This document shows, piece after piece, positions 48,421 to 58,422 of a DNA stretch of 64,000 bases. A program made the translations under genes and the position numbers. The stretch is taken from positions 928,001 through 992,000 of the forward strand of contig CAWBZV010000005.1 in the NCBI GenBank assembly GCA_963793305.1, in the 5' to 3' direction. A model generated the notes under the pieces. The model was not told where the DNA came from, searched no databases, and saw only the letters and a list, made by a program, of their open reading frames with translations. How positions within the stretch are numbered: position 1 is the first letter of the stretch; the number at the start of each line of letters is the position of its first letter. The stretch is from an uncultured Gemmatimonadales bacterium. GTDB taxonomy: Bacteria > Gemmatimonadota > Gemmatimonadetes > Gemmatimonadales > Gemmatimonadaceae.

Positions 48421-49752
48421 GTGGCTCGTGTAGATGTGCCTATGCCGCAGATGGGCGAGTCCATTGCCGAAGGGACCGTCTCCAAGTGGCTCAAGAAAGT
48501 CGGCGACGTCGTCAAGCGCGACGAACCCCTCTTCGAGATCTCGACCGATAAGGTCGACGCCGAGATCCCGTCGCCGTCCGCCGGCCGACTGACCGAGATT
48601 CTCGTCGGCGAAGGCTCGACCGTCGCCGTCCAGACGATCGTCGCCCGCATCGAGACCGATGTCGCTGCCGCGGTCCCGGCTGCTGTCCCCGCCGGTGCCG
48701 GCTCCCCCGCCGCTGCCCCGGCTCCCGCTGTTGCCGCGAAATCAGCGGCCACTACGCCCGTCGGAATAGGGGCGGACGGTCACGACAGGGGCAACGGGCG
48801 CACGAGTGGCAACGGTGCCTCGTTCGAAGAACGGGTGAGGACGAAGTCCTCCCCGCTCGTCCGAAAAATCGCGGCCGAGCACGGGATCGAGCTGGGGTCG
48901 ATAAGCGGCTCGGGCATCTCGGGCCGAGTGACGAAGCGCGATATCGAATCGCTGGTCGCAAACCGCGGTCCGGCGAAGCCGCCCGTGGTCGGTCGCCCCG
49001 CGGCGCCGCACGTCGTGTCCGAGGGCCCACTGCCGGAACCATGGCCCGGCAACGTCGTCGAGCCGATGTCGAAGATGCGGGCGCTGATCAGCGACCACAT
49101 GGTGCTGTCGCGTCGCACATCCGCGCATGTCACGTCGGTCTTCGAGGTCGACCTCACCCGAGTCGCGCGCATCCGCGCCAAGAAGCGCGCCGAGTTCGAA
49201 GCCGCCTCGGGCCAGCGCCTCTCGTACATGCCGTTCATCATCAAGGCCACGGTCGACGCCCTCCGTCAATTCCCGGCGGTGAACGCCTCGGTCGCCGGCA
49301 GCGATGTCATCTATCGCAAGCAATACAATATCGGCATCGCCGTCGCGCTCGAATGGGGCTTGATCGTCCCGGTCATCAAACATGCCGACGAGCTGAGCAT
49401 GGTCGGACTCACGCGCGCGCTCAACGATCTCGCCGCCCGGGCGCGCGCCAAGCGCCTCAAGCCCGAAGAGGTCGAAGAGGGCACGTTCACGATCACCAAC
49501 CCCGGCGTGTTCGGGTCATTGATGGGCACCCCGATCATAAACCAGCCCCAGGTCGCCATCATGGGTATCGGCGCGATCGAGAAACGCCCGAAGGTGATCG
49601 AGGGTGAAGATGGCGAAGACACGATCGCGATTCGCACCTGTGCCTACTTCTCGCTGTCGTTCGACCACCGCCTGATCAATGGCGCGGTCGCCGACGAGTT
49701 CCTCGCCTTCGTGAAGAAGCAACTCGAGACCTTCCCAGAGGCCGCACTCTAA
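48421..49752 (+). CDS. dihydrolipoamide acyltransferase (E2)
   Basis: Lipoyl motif STDKV, E3-binding SPLVRKIA, GTFTITNPG, DHRLING. Confidence 0.94.
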   Translation: MARVDVPMPQMGESIAEGTVSKWLKKVGDVVKRDEPLFEISTDKVDAEIPSPSAGRLTEILVGEGSTVAVQTIVARIETDVAAAVPAAVPAGAGSPAAAPAPAVAAKSAATTPVGIGADGHDRGNGRTSGNGASFEERVRTKSSPLVRKIAAEHGIELGSISGSGISGRVTKRDIESLVANRGPAKPPVVGRPAAPHVVSEGPLPEPWPGNVVEPMSKMRALISDHMVLSRRTSAHVTSVFEVDLTRVARIRAKKRAEFEAASGQRLSYMPFIIKATVDALRQFPAVNASVAGSDVIYRKQYNIGIAVALEWGLIVPVIKHADELSMVGLTRALNDLAARARAKRLKPEEVEEGTFTITNPGVFGSLMGTPIINQPQVAIMGIGAIEKRPKVIEGEDGEDTIAIRTCAYFSLSFDHRLINGAVADEFLAFVKKQLETFPEAAL

Positions 49753-49755
49753 CCC

Positions 49756-50013
49756 GTGTCCCGCGCGCTGACGCTCAGTCGCACGATCGTCCCGTTGCCC
49801 GACCGCGAGCGCTTTTTCACTCGCGCCCGTGAGCTCCGCGCGCACTTCCAGGCGCGCGGCTGCCAGTATTGGGTGTTCGAGGACGCCGCGCTCGCCGGTG
49901 CATTCATCGAGTTCGCCGAGGGCAAAGAGGTCGAGGCGCTGGTTCGAGCCTACTCCGAGGCGCCCGAATCTGGTGTCGATCCCGAACGTATTTATCGCGA
50001 GGTAACGCTTTAA
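49756..50013 (+). CDS. hypothetical protein
   Basis: Operon position, coding-like codon usage. Confidence 0.7.
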   Translation: MSRALTLSRTIVPLPDRERFFTRARELRAHFQARGCQYWVFEDAALAGAFIEFAEGKEVEALVRAYSEAPESGVDPERIYREVTL

Positions 50014-50015
50014 CA

Positions 50016-50279
50016 ATGCCGGAACGATCGATTTCCGTGAACGGCCAAACCTGGCGTGTGGCGCCGTCGGGCTACGTCACCCAATACGACCGCGACGAGT
50101 TCGGCCTGATCTTCACGCGCACGACCCCATCGCGCGAGGTGCGCGTGACGCGCTACTCGCCACTCGGCGCCCGCTCGCGCGAGCAATCGTTCGCTGAGCT
50201 CTCCGAGGCCGACCTCGTGCGGCTCTTCGCCCAGTCCCAACCTTCAGCAACGTCCCCAGAGGCGCACTACGCCGGTTGA
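50016..50279 (+). CDS. hypothetical protein
   Basis: ATG 50016 within ORF 49869-50279; TQYDRDEFGLIF, RVTRYSP. Confidence 0.7.
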   Translation: MPERSISVNGQTWRVAPSGYVTQYDRDEFGLIFTRTTPSREVRVTRYSPLGARSREQSFAELSEADLVRLFAQSQPSATSPEAHYAG

Positions 50280-51129
50280 TCTGCACGCCCACACGACGGC
50301 GTCCGATGGCTCCGCGTCCCCCGAGGCCCTCCTGGCCCAGGCCGCCACGCTCGGCCTCACGGCCGTTGCGGTCACGGACCACGACACGGTCGCGGCGGTA
50401 GCGGCCGCCAGCGCCGCGGGCGCGGCGAATGGCGTCGCGGTCGTCGCCGGCGTCGAGCTGAGCGCGGTCGATGACCGGAATGTCGAGGTGCACATCCTCG
50501 GCCTGCATCTCGACAACGTCTCCCGGATCGCGTCGTCGTTGACGCGCTTTCAAGCCGATCGCGTGACCCGAGCCGAAGCCATCGTCGCCGCGCTCAATAA
50601 GGGAGGCGTGCCGATCACGATGGAGGCGGTCATGACCGAGGCCGGACCGGGAGCCGTCGGCCGCCCGCACGTCGCCCGCGCGCTCGTCGCCGGCGGCTGG
50701 GTGCGAGACCTGCGAGAAGCGTTCGATCGCTGGCTCGGCGCCGAGCGCCCGGCGTATGTCGAAAAGCCACGCCTCGAAATCGCCGCCGCGATCGGCCTCA
50801 TACACGATGCGGGCGGCGTAGCGATCTGGGCGCATCCCGGCCGCGACGGAACCCGCCAACGGGTCGAGGCGATGGTCGCGTGCGGTCTCGACGGCGTCGA
50901 GGTGTCCCATCCGGGCCATTCGATGGACGACATGAACCGCCTCAACGCGCTCGCCCGTCACCGCGATCTACTGCGCAGCGGCGGGTCCGACTGGCACGGC
51001 GCGACGGATGGCCCACGGGTCCTGGGTGTCATGAAGGTGCCGGACGACTGGAACGAAGCGCAGGCCGCGCGCGCCGCGCGCTATCGCCCCGCGGATGTAT
51101 GGAGATCGCCGGCCGCATCGCGCTCGTAA
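50275..51129 (+). CDS. PHP-domain phosphoesterase (TrpH/YciV-like)
   Basis: VDLHAHTTASDG and TDHDT upstream of the tracked start, then GVELS, HILG, GRPH, AHP, SGGSDWHG; start codon unclear. Confidence 0.88.
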   Translation, partial: VDLHAHTTASDGSASPEALLAQAATLGLTAVAVTDHDTVAAVAAASAAGAANGVAVVAGVELSAVDDRNVEVHILGLHLDNVSRIASSLTRFQADRVTRAEAIVAALNKGGVPITMEAVMTEAGPGAVGRPHVARALVAGGWVRDLREAFDRWLGAERPAYVEKPRLEIAAAIGLIHDAGGVAIWAHPGRDGTRQRVEAMVACGLDGVEVSHPGHSMDDMNRLNALARHRDLLRSGGSDWHGATDGPRVLGVMKVPDDWNEAQAARAARYRPADVWRSPAASRS

Positions 51130-51818
51130 CGGGCGCCGGCAAGCGCGTGGGTCGCGCGCTCGCTCTCGGGCTGGCCCGCGCGGGCGCCCGCGTCGCGGTG
51201 CACTTTCACGCGTCGACGGCCGGCGCGCTCGAGACTGTCGCCGCGATTCGCGATGCGGGGGGCAACGCGCGGGCGTTCTCCGCCGATCTCGCTGACCCGC
51301 ACGCCGCCGGCACGCTCGTCGATAGCGTGGCCGACACGCTCGGCGGGCTCGACATCCTCGTCAACTCCTCCGGCATCATGCAGCGCGTCGCGCTCGCCGA
51401 CGTGACGCCCGCGAACTGGGACACCACGTTTGCGGTCAATCTCCGCTCACAGTTCTTCACGTCCCAGGCCGCCGCCCGCCGGATGGTGAACGGCGGTGTC
51501 ATCGTGAACATGGCCGATTTGGCGGCGTTCGAGGCCTGGACGGAGTTCATCCCACACTGCGTCAGCAAAGCCGGCGTCGTCGCGCTGACCCAGGCGCTGG
51601 CCCACGCGCTCGGACCCCGCATTCGGGTAAACGCCATTGCTCCAGGTGCGGTGCTGCTCCCCGACGGGTTCGATGGCACGCGCCTCGTGAGCACGACGCC
51701 ACTCAAACGCCTCGGCTCGCCGGACGACGTGGTGCAAGCGCTGCTGTACTTGGTCGCTGCCGATTATGTCACCGGTGAGACGATCATTGTCGACGGTGGT
51801 CGACATGTCAGGACCTGA
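51099..51818 (+). CDS. SDR oxidoreductase (pteridine reductase/FolM-like)
   Basis: TGAGKRVG, VNSSG, RVNAIAPG, VDGG. Confidence 0.88.
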   Translation: MEIAGRIALVTGAGKRVGRALALGLARAGARVAVHFHASTAGALETVAAIRDAGGNARAFSADLADPHAAGTLVDSVADTLGGLDILVNSSGIMQRVALADVTPANWDTTFAVNLRSQFFTSQAAARRMVNGGVIVNMADLAAFEAWTEFIPHCVSKAGVVALTQALAHALGPRIRVNAIAPGAVLLPDGFDGTRLVSTTPLKRLGSPDDVVQALLYLVAADYVTGETIIVDGGRHVRT

Positions 51819-52587
51819 CCGCTACGCCACGATCGTCATTGTCGGCGGCGGCTGCTACGGCTCGTTTTATCTCCGACAACTCTTTCGTGCCCGGTCGGCC
51901 GGTGCCCTGACGTGGGACCGAGTTGTCGTCGTGGATCGCAACCCCGATTGCGCCGCGGCCCAAGCACTCGGTGATGCTCAGTTAGCCATCGCCGACTGGA
52001 CGCCGTACTTCCGGGAATACCTGGGTTCTGCCGACGAGGCCGACGCGATAGTCCCGTCGCCGCTCATGCCGCACTTGATGTACGAGTGGGTCCGCGACCG
52101 TGCAAAAGAGCGCTGGCCAGATCGCGAGATTGTGACCCGTCCCTTGCCGTCAACGCCCCCGACGCCATGGGAACGCGCGGCTCCGGATGGCGTCCACTAC
52201 GTGAGCTTCGCCACCTGGATGTGCCCAATCAATTGCATCGAGCCGGCGACGTGTCCGCACACCAAGGGCCCTCGCTCGTGGACGATGCCGGCAACTATTC
52301 GGGACTACGTGGCGCAAGAGGGAATCGCCGGCCCGGCCTTGTTCCATGTGACGCACCGCGCCTACGGCGTCGGCATGTTGAACGTTGCCGATGTCCTTGC
52401 CGCCGACCGCCTGGTGCGGGACGTGGCCGAGGACAAAGCGGCCCAAGTGTTGGTCGGAACGGTGTCACATTGCCATGGCGCGCTAGCGATCCTGTCGATG
52501 AGCGAGCCGCAGGCGAGCGTTGTCAACCGACCAGTCGAGCGGCGTAGTGTGCCGCATCGACGCGCTGCGGAGCAGCGACCCGGTTAG
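51805..52587 (+). CDS. hypothetical protein with Rossmann-like N-terminus and Cys/His motifs
   Basis: IVIVGGGCYG, PSPLMPH, CPINCIEPATCPHT, SHCHG. Confidence 0.75.
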   Translation: MSGPDRYATIVIVGGGCYGSFYLRQLFRARSAGALTWDRVVVVDRNPDCAAAQALGDAQLAIADWTPYFREYLGSADEADAIVPSPLMPHLMYEWVRDRAKERWPDREIVTRPLPSTPPTPWERAAPDGVHYVSFATWMCPINCIEPATCPHTKGPRSWTMPATIRDYVAQEGIAGPALFHVTHRAYGVGMLNVADVLAADRLVRDVAEDKAAQVLVGTVSHCHGALAILSMSEPQASVVNRPVERRSVPHRRAAEQRPG

Positions 52588-52596
52588 ATTTCAGTC

Positions 52597-53613
52597 ATGG
52601 CGATCATTCGCGACTACGACGTCGTAATCGTCGGCGCCGGCCCGGCCGGAATGACAGCAGCCCTCTACGCCGGCCGCGCGATGCTCCGCACGGTGGTCCT
52701 CGAAGCAGGGCTTTCCGGCGGCGAGCTCCTCCGCACCGAATACCTGGATGACGTCATCGGCTTCCCGATGATCAAGGGCGATGACCTCGCCCAACGCTTC
52801 GAGGAGCACGCCAAGAAATTCGGTGCGACGTTCGTGAACTTCACGAATGTGAGCTCGGTGCAGAAGGTCGACGAGATGATGTTCGCCACCGAGACCGACT
52901 CGGGCAACGTCTACATGTCGCCGGTCGTGATCGTCACGTCGGGCGGTACACCAGTCAAACTCGGAATCCCGGGCGAGCTCGAGTTCGCCGGCCGTGGCGT
53001 GAGCTATTGCGCGATCTGCGACGCGAATTTCTTCAAGAAGCACACGATCGCCGTCGTTGGCGGCGGTGATGCCGCCTGCGAAGAAGCCGACTACCTCACG
53101 AGATTCGCCGACAAGGTCTACCTGATCCACCGCCGCCACGAATTCCGGGCGTCCAAGGTAGTCCAGAAGCACGTGTTCGCGAATCACAAAATCGAGGTCG
53201 TATTCGATACGGTCGCCGAGGAAGTCATCGGCAAGCCAGGTGGCCTGATGACGGGCCTTCGCCTGAAGAATGTCCTGACCGGTGACCGTTCCGCGCTGGA
53301 TGTCACCGGCCTCTTCGTGTTCATTGGTTTCAAGCCGAACACCGATATCATCAAGGCGCACTACACGCACGACGCCCTGGGTTACGTCGTGACGGACGGC
53401 GCGATGATGTCCTCGATCCCGGGCCTGTTCGTCGCCGGCGACCTCCGTTCGCAACTCACCCGTCAGGTGACGACGGCCTCCGGCGATGCCACGACCGCGG
53501 CCATTGCCGCCGACAAGTACCTAAAGGACCTGCGCGAGGCCGGCGGCTCAACCGACAAAGACGTCGAAGAGGCGGTCGAAACATCGCATCTCAACCTCGG
53601 CGGCTGGACGTGA
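52597..53613 (+). CDS. trxB: thioredoxin reductase
   Basis: GAGPAG, GVSYCAICD, GGGDAA, IHRR, GLFVAGD. Confidence 0.92.
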   Translation: MAIIRDYDVVIVGAGPAGMTAALYAGRAMLRTVVLEAGLSGGELLRTEYLDDVIGFPMIKGDDLAQRFEEHAKKFGATFVNFTNVSSVQKVDEMMFATETDSGNVYMSPVVIVTSGGTPVKLGIPGELEFAGRGVSYCAICDANFFKKHTIAVVGGGDAACEEADYLTRFADKVYLIHRRHEFRASKVVQKHVFANHKIEVVFDTVAEEVIGKPGGLMTGLRLKNVLTGDRSALDVTGLFVFIGFKPNTDIIKAHYTHDALGYVVTDGAMMSSIPGLFVAGDLRSQLTRQVTTASGDATTAAIAADKYLKDLREAGGSTDKDVEEAVETSHLNLGGWT

Positions 53614-54263
53614 GCCCGCTCACGGTCCGACCCGCACTCGTCGGCCCGTTCGAGGAGAACGCCTATCTCGTCGTCGACCCCGAGACGCGCGATGCCATCT
53701 ACATCGATCCCGGCGATGAGGGCGATCGCCTCATCGATCTTCTGCGCGCCTCCGAGGCAAAGCTCCGCGCGATCTGGCTGACGCACGGCCATGTCGACCA
53801 CATCGGCGGCATCGCCGCCCTTCGCCGCGCCCACGACGTGCCGATCTATCTGCACCCCGCCGATCGCCCACTCTACGATGACGGCGCGAAGTTCGCGGAG
53901 ACGTTCAGCGTACCGTTCGAGGAGCCCCCTCCACCCGATGTCGACTTGGCAGAGGGTGATAAGCTTCGCCTCGGCCGCACGACCTTCGATGTCGTGCACG
54001 TGCCCGGCCACTCGCCTGGTCAGGTCGCTTTCCTGGCACCCGGGATCGCATTCCCAGGCGATCTCATTTTCGCCGGCTCGATCGGCCGGACGGACCTCCC
54101 ATTGGCCGATCCCGCGGCTATGCTCCACTCCCTGGAGCGCGCGGCAGGCTGGGATGCCTCACTCGTTCTCCACCCGGGCCACGGTCGCTCAACGACCGTG
54201 GGCGAGGAGCTCCGCTCCAATCCGTTCTTGAGCGGTCTCGCCAGGCCCTTGGCACGCCGGTGA
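53610..54263 (+). CDS. MBL-fold metallo-hydrolase (glyoxalase II-like)
   Basis: THGHVDH, PGHSPG, GDLIF, GRTDL, PGHG. Confidence 0.92.
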   Translation: MSPLTVRPALVGPFEENAYLVVDPETRDAIYIDPGDEGDRLIDLLRASEAKLRAIWLTHGHVDHIGGIAALRRAHDVPIYLHPADRPLYDDGAKFAETFSVPFEEPPPPDVDLAEGDKLRLGRTTFDVVHVPGHSPGQVAFLAPGIAFPGDLIFAGSIGRTDLPLADPAAMLHSLERAAGWDASLVLHPGHGRSTTVGEELRSNPFLSGLARPLARR

Positions 54264-54730
54264 CCCCCATGGCCGCCTCGCCGGTCGTGCGCTCGCTGGT
54301 CGCCCTCACGGTATCTGCGTGGCTCGGTGCCGCCGTTCTGCTCGCCGCTTCAGTCGCACCAGCCGCATTCGCCGTACTCCCGTCCCGGATGCTCGCCGGT
54401 GCGCTCGTTGGCCGGGTGCTTCCGGTTCTGTTCATCACCGGTCTCGTCATCGGTCTTGGCGCCGCGCTCAGCGACGTTTCGTGGCGGCGCGGGCCGGGCT
54501 TTGTGATGGCGGGCGCTTGTGCGATTGCGCAATTCAGCATTGGCCGCCGGATCGATCGCCTCCGTGCATCAATCGGCGGCCCGATCGACGCGCTGGCAGA
54601 GTCCGATCCTCGTCGCATCGCCTTCGGCCGACTTCACGGCCTGAGCGTCGCCTTTCTGGCCGTCGCGATGCTCGCCGCACTCGTGATCGTTATCGCTGCT
54701 TGGAGGTCCTATGGACAGTACAGCCGTTGA
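54260..54730 (+). CDS. DUF4149-like membrane protein
   Basis: VAPAAF, AGALVG, FGRLHGLS; 4 TM helices. Confidence 0.8.
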   Translation: MTPMAASPVVRSLVALTVSAWLGAAVLLAASVAPAAFAVLPSRMLAGALVGRVLPVLFITGLVIGLGAALSDVSWRRGPGFVMAGACAIAQFSIGRRIDRLRASIGGPIDALAESDPRRIAFGRLHGLSVAFLAVAMLAALVIVIAAWRSYGQYSR

Positions 54731-55259
54731 TGCCCCGCGCCTCCCCATGGTCGATGTCACGGCCAACGTGCCCGACGAGACTCGGGAGATGTTCGACAAG
54801 TTCATCGGCCAACGGGGCCGGGTCCCCAACCTATTTCGCATTGCCGCGCTGCGGCCGAACATCGCGCAAACGCTCGCCGCGCATCTCGATGCGGTGATGG
54901 GTCCGGGCGAGGTGAGCGGGCTCCTCAAAGAGCTGATCGCCTGCCGCGTCTCACAGATCAACAGCACGCCGTACTGCCTGGCGTCGCACAGCAAGCTCGC
55001 GCGCAAGCAGGGGGGCACTGACGCGCAACTCACCGCGCTGGCCGTGCACGACTACTCGGGCTTCGAGCCGGGTTGGTCGGCCGCGTTCGCCTATGCATCC
55101 GAAGTCGCGGCGCCTGGCGGGTACGTGAATGACGCGACCTTCGCGGCGCTGGCCGAGCATTGGACCGCGCCCCAGATCGTCGAGATCACGGCCGTGGCGA
55201 CCGCCTTCAGCCTCTTCAATCGTTTCGCCGACGCGCTGAACATTCCCATCACGACATGA
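54711..55259 (+). CDS. carboxymuconolactone decarboxylase/AhpD-like protein
   Basis: VPNLFR, LKELIACRVSQINSTPYCLASH, FNRF. Confidence 0.85.
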   Translation: MDSTAVDAPRLPMVDVTANVPDETREMFDKFIGQRGRVPNLFRIAALRPNIAQTLAAHLDAVMGPGEVSGLLKELIACRVSQINSTPYCLASHSKLARKQGGTDAQLTALAVHDYSGFEPGWSAAFAYASEVAAPGGYVNDATFAALAEHWTAPQIVEITAVATAFSLFNRFADALNIPITT

Positions 55260-56678
55260 CCACACGCAGCGAGAAAGACCCACTCGGCCCCCTCGACGTC
55301 CCCGCCGAAGCGCTCTATGGCGTACAGACGCGCCGTGCGGAGCTGAACTTTCCCATCAGCGGCCTGCGCGCCCGGCCGTCGTTCATCACCGCCATCGTGC
55401 AGATCAAGCGCGCCGCGGCGCTGACGCACAAAGAGACGGGACGCCTCGAGCCGCGCCTCGCGGACGCGATCATCGCGGCCGCCGACGAGATCCTGAGCGG
55501 CAAGCACCGCGAGCACTTCGTGATCGATGTCTATCAGGCCGGGGCAGGCACCTCGCTCAACATGAACGTCAACGAGGTACTCGCCAACCGCGCCAACGAG
55601 ATGCTGGGGGCTCCGCGTGGTTCGTACGCGCCGGTGCACCCGAACGATCACGTGAACATGGCGCAGTCGACGAACGATGTGATCCCGACCGCGATACGCC
55701 TGGCCGCGATCTACGAGTCGGCCAACGTCATGCGCGCCGGTACGGAGCTCGCCAATGCATTCGCGGCGAAGGGGCGTGCGTTCGACGACATCGTGAAGGC
55801 TGGCCGGACGCACTTGCAAGATGCCATGCCCATTCGCCTCGGCCAAGAGTTCGAGGCATACGCCGGGACGATCGTCCGCGATCTCAATCGGGTCGAAGAA
55901 TCGGTGTATTACCTCCACGACCTGGGCATTGGCGGCAGCGCTGTAGGCACGGGCGTGAATGTCGAGCCACCGTATCCCGCGCTGATGGTGAAGCACTTGT
56001 CCGAGATGACTGGCCAGCCATTCCGAGTCGGCAAAGATCGCGTGCAGCTGATGCAGAGCATGGGCGACGTTGCGGCCTACAGCGCGCAGCTCAGGGTGCT
56101 GGCCCTCGATCTCAGCAAGATCGCCAGCGACCTCCGCCTCCTTGCCAGCGGTCCCCGCACGGGACTCGACGAGATCCGGCTGCCAGCCGTCCAGCCGGGA
56201 TCCTCGATCATGCCGGGCAAGGTGAATCCATCGCATCCCGGAGATGGTCAACCAGGTCTGCTTCCAAGTGATCGGATGCGACACGTGCGTATCAGCCGCG
56301 GCCGAGCACGGTCAGCTCGAGCTCAACGTGATGATGCCCGTGATCGCGTTCAACGTCCTTCTCGAGAGCGAAATCCTCGGCAATGCGATGGCCGTGCTCA
56401 CTGAACGTTGCGTCACTGGCATCGAGGCCAACGCCGACCAGTGCGCCTATTGGGTCGAGCGCTCGGCCGCGCTGGCCACTGCTTTGGCGCCACAGATCGG
56501 CTACGCCCGTGCCGCGGAGCTCTCCAAGCAGTCGGTCAAAGAGAACGTGCTGATTCGTGATCTGGTCAAGCGTGAGCACGTGCTCCCGCCGGCCGAGATC
56601 GACGAGGTGTTGGACCTTCGTAAGCTCACCGAAATCGGCGTTCCCGGCGGCGCCCATGGGGGCGTCTCGGCTGGCTAG
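55256..56678 (+). CDS. aspA: aspartate ammonia-lyase/class II fumarase family, frameshift near 56234
   Basis: YGVQTRRA, QAGAGTS, HPNDHVN, GRTHLQDA, GSSIMPGKVNP, GQLELNV. Confidence 0.85.
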
Positions 56679-56711
56679 CCCAAGGCTTGAAAAAGAGTTA
56701 CAGTTCAGATC

Positions 56712-57167
56712 GTGCGCATTACGACGTGGGCAGAGTACGGCTTGATCTGTGCTTTGCACTTGGCCAAACGAGCGGCCGAGGGCCCGGTGACCGGGCGTGA
56801 TCTGGCGGCGCGCGAGCGGCTCCCAGCCGACTATGTCGAGCAGATCCTGCTCCGTCTCCGCCGGGCCGATGTGGTGCACTCGTCGCGGGGCGCCCACGGC
56901 GGCTACGTGCTGGCCCGTCCGGCGGACGAGGTGTCCGTGCGGGATGTGATCGCCGCGTCCGAGGGCGCGACGTTCGACCTCCACTGTGTGAGCCACCCGG
57001 TGGAAGAGTCCCGCTGCTCGGAGTCGCACAGCTGCTCGATCCGTCCGGTCTGGCTGCTGCTGCAGAGCAAGATCGACGATGTCCTCGAGAGTGTGCACCT
57101 CGCCGATCTGATGGAAGAAGAGGCCGTCGTTCGCCAGCGCGTCGGCCTGCCTGTCCTGCACGCGTAG
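56712..57167 (+). CDS. Rrf2-family transcriptional regulator with three Cys
   Basis: EYG, YVEQIL, SRGAHGGY, C-x9-C-x5-C. Confidence 0.9.
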   Translation: MRITTWAEYGLICALHLAKRAAEGPVTGRDLAARERLPADYVEQILLRLRRADVVHSSRGAHGGYVLARPADEVSVRDVIAASEGATFDLHCVSHPVEESRCSESHSCSIRPVWLLLQSKIDDVLESVHLADLMEEEAVVRQRVGLPVLHA

Positions 57168-57175
57168 TTCCTGAG

Positions 57176-57754
57176 GTGCTCCCGCCCAGCATCGCGAGCC
57201 TGTTTCGTCGCTGGCGGGATGAGCACGCGCTCGAACGCCGGGCCACTGCCGTCGCTCGCGCCGCGCTGGCCGAACCCGACGAAAGCGACGTCCGCTGGCT
57301 CGCCGAGCGTGGTGCACACGGTGACGAGGACCACGCGCGCTGGGAGTGGCGCTACGCCCGCCGGGCGTTCACGATCATCGTCGCCCAGCGCGATGCGTTG
57401 GACGACCGCACGGGTTCCGCGGTCGCCGCGGCTGTCGGCTCGGCCCTCGCGCGCGACCCGATGATCGATGCCACGAAGCGCCGCGTCGCCACCCGCCAGT
57501 TCAACGATCGCCTGGCGGGCTACAGCGCGATTCTTCGCGACCGCGATCCGTCGACGCCAACATCCGAGCGCCTGGCCCGTGCGTTCCTCGGATTCGCGGG
57601 CACCGTCGACCCGTCCCCCGCCGACATCCTGCGCGGGGCGACAGCACTGTCATCGATGCTGACGGACACGAATGCGACGCTCGCTTTGCATTTCGGCGCC
57701 GTCGACCTGCCGGCCGACGTCGCCCCGTCCGCGCTCAAATCTTCTCGTTCTTGA
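57176..57754 (+). CDS. hypothetical protein
   Basis: Operon position, coding-like codon usage. Confidence 0.7.
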   Translation: MLPPSIASLFRRWRDEHALERRATAVARAALAEPDESDVRWLAERGAHGDEDHARWEWRYARRAFTIIVAQRDALDDRTGSAVAAAVGSALARDPMIDATKRRVATRQFNDRLAGYSAILRDRDPSTPTSERLARAFLGFAGTVDPSPADILRGATALSSMLTDTNATLALHFGAVDLPADVAPSALKSSRS

Positions 57755-58241
57755 TCTGATTCCAGCCGCCGACGACCGCGGCTCCAGCGGTTCCGTCGAC
57801 TTTTTGCGGCGTGTAGGTGACGTTCAAGCCACCGTACATGAACGCCAGCATCTCGGACGGCGTTTCGCCTTGCACGGTGTCGCCGGTCCACTGGACGCTC
57901 TGCAGAGCGACGAGCTGGAACTCGAATTTCAGGTAGGTGACGGCGCTATTGCCGCCTGCCTTGTTCAGGACCAGGAAGGCCTTGTCCCACGCGTTCCCCG
58001 CGGCGCACGCCTGGAACAGGAGTGGACTGGAGGAGTCGGGCTGCTTCCGAATCTGAAAGGCGCTGAACGTCACCTTTCCGGCGCCGGCGCCGGTCGACTG
58101 CGAGCCGATGTTGAGCTTCTGTTGGACGTTGAAAGAGAAGTAGTCGATTTCGATCCAGCCCTCGAATCCTTTGCGCGTGGATTCGCCTTTGATCGCCGGG
58201 CCGTAGTTGCCGCCGAACGAGATATACGCGTCGTACGCCAT
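57735..58241 (-). CDS. hcp: type VI secretion tube protein Hcp (orphan)
   Basis: AYDAYI, IKGES, WIEI, GAGAGKV, DSSSPLLFQAC, GWN; GAGGA RBS. Confidence 0.9.
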   Translation of the reverse strand: MAYDAYISFGGNYGPAIKGESTRKGFEGWIEIDYFSFNVQQKLNIGSQSTGAGAGKVTFSAFQIRKQPDSSSPLLFQACAAGNAWDKAFLVLNKAGGNSAVTYLKFEFQLVALQSVQWTGDTVQGETPSEMLAFMYGGLNVTYTPQKVDGTAGAAVVGGWNQIKNEKI

Positions 58242-58422
58242 GGGTGTCCTCGTGGAGGGTTCCAATAGCAACGAGCGCAGTAGTCCAGCGTTCTCAAGCG
58301 CAAGCGGACTTTGGGACCGGTTGTCTCGGAAAACGGGTGAATTGGGGCGGAGATTCACGGGGGGCGTGGGGGAAGTGGCGGTGGGGTAAGGAGTTAAGAG
58401 GTAGCCCCTGAATACGAGTAGC

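Noticed and set aside
846..56678. Programmed frameshifting or mass pseudogenisation
   Set aside because: No shared slippery sites or stimulators, and the genes are otherwise intact; sequencing error is more parsimonious.
58344..58386. G-quadruplex upstream of hcp
   Set aside because: Four G-tracts are present but two loops are 10-11 nt; weak evidence in a GC-rich genome.
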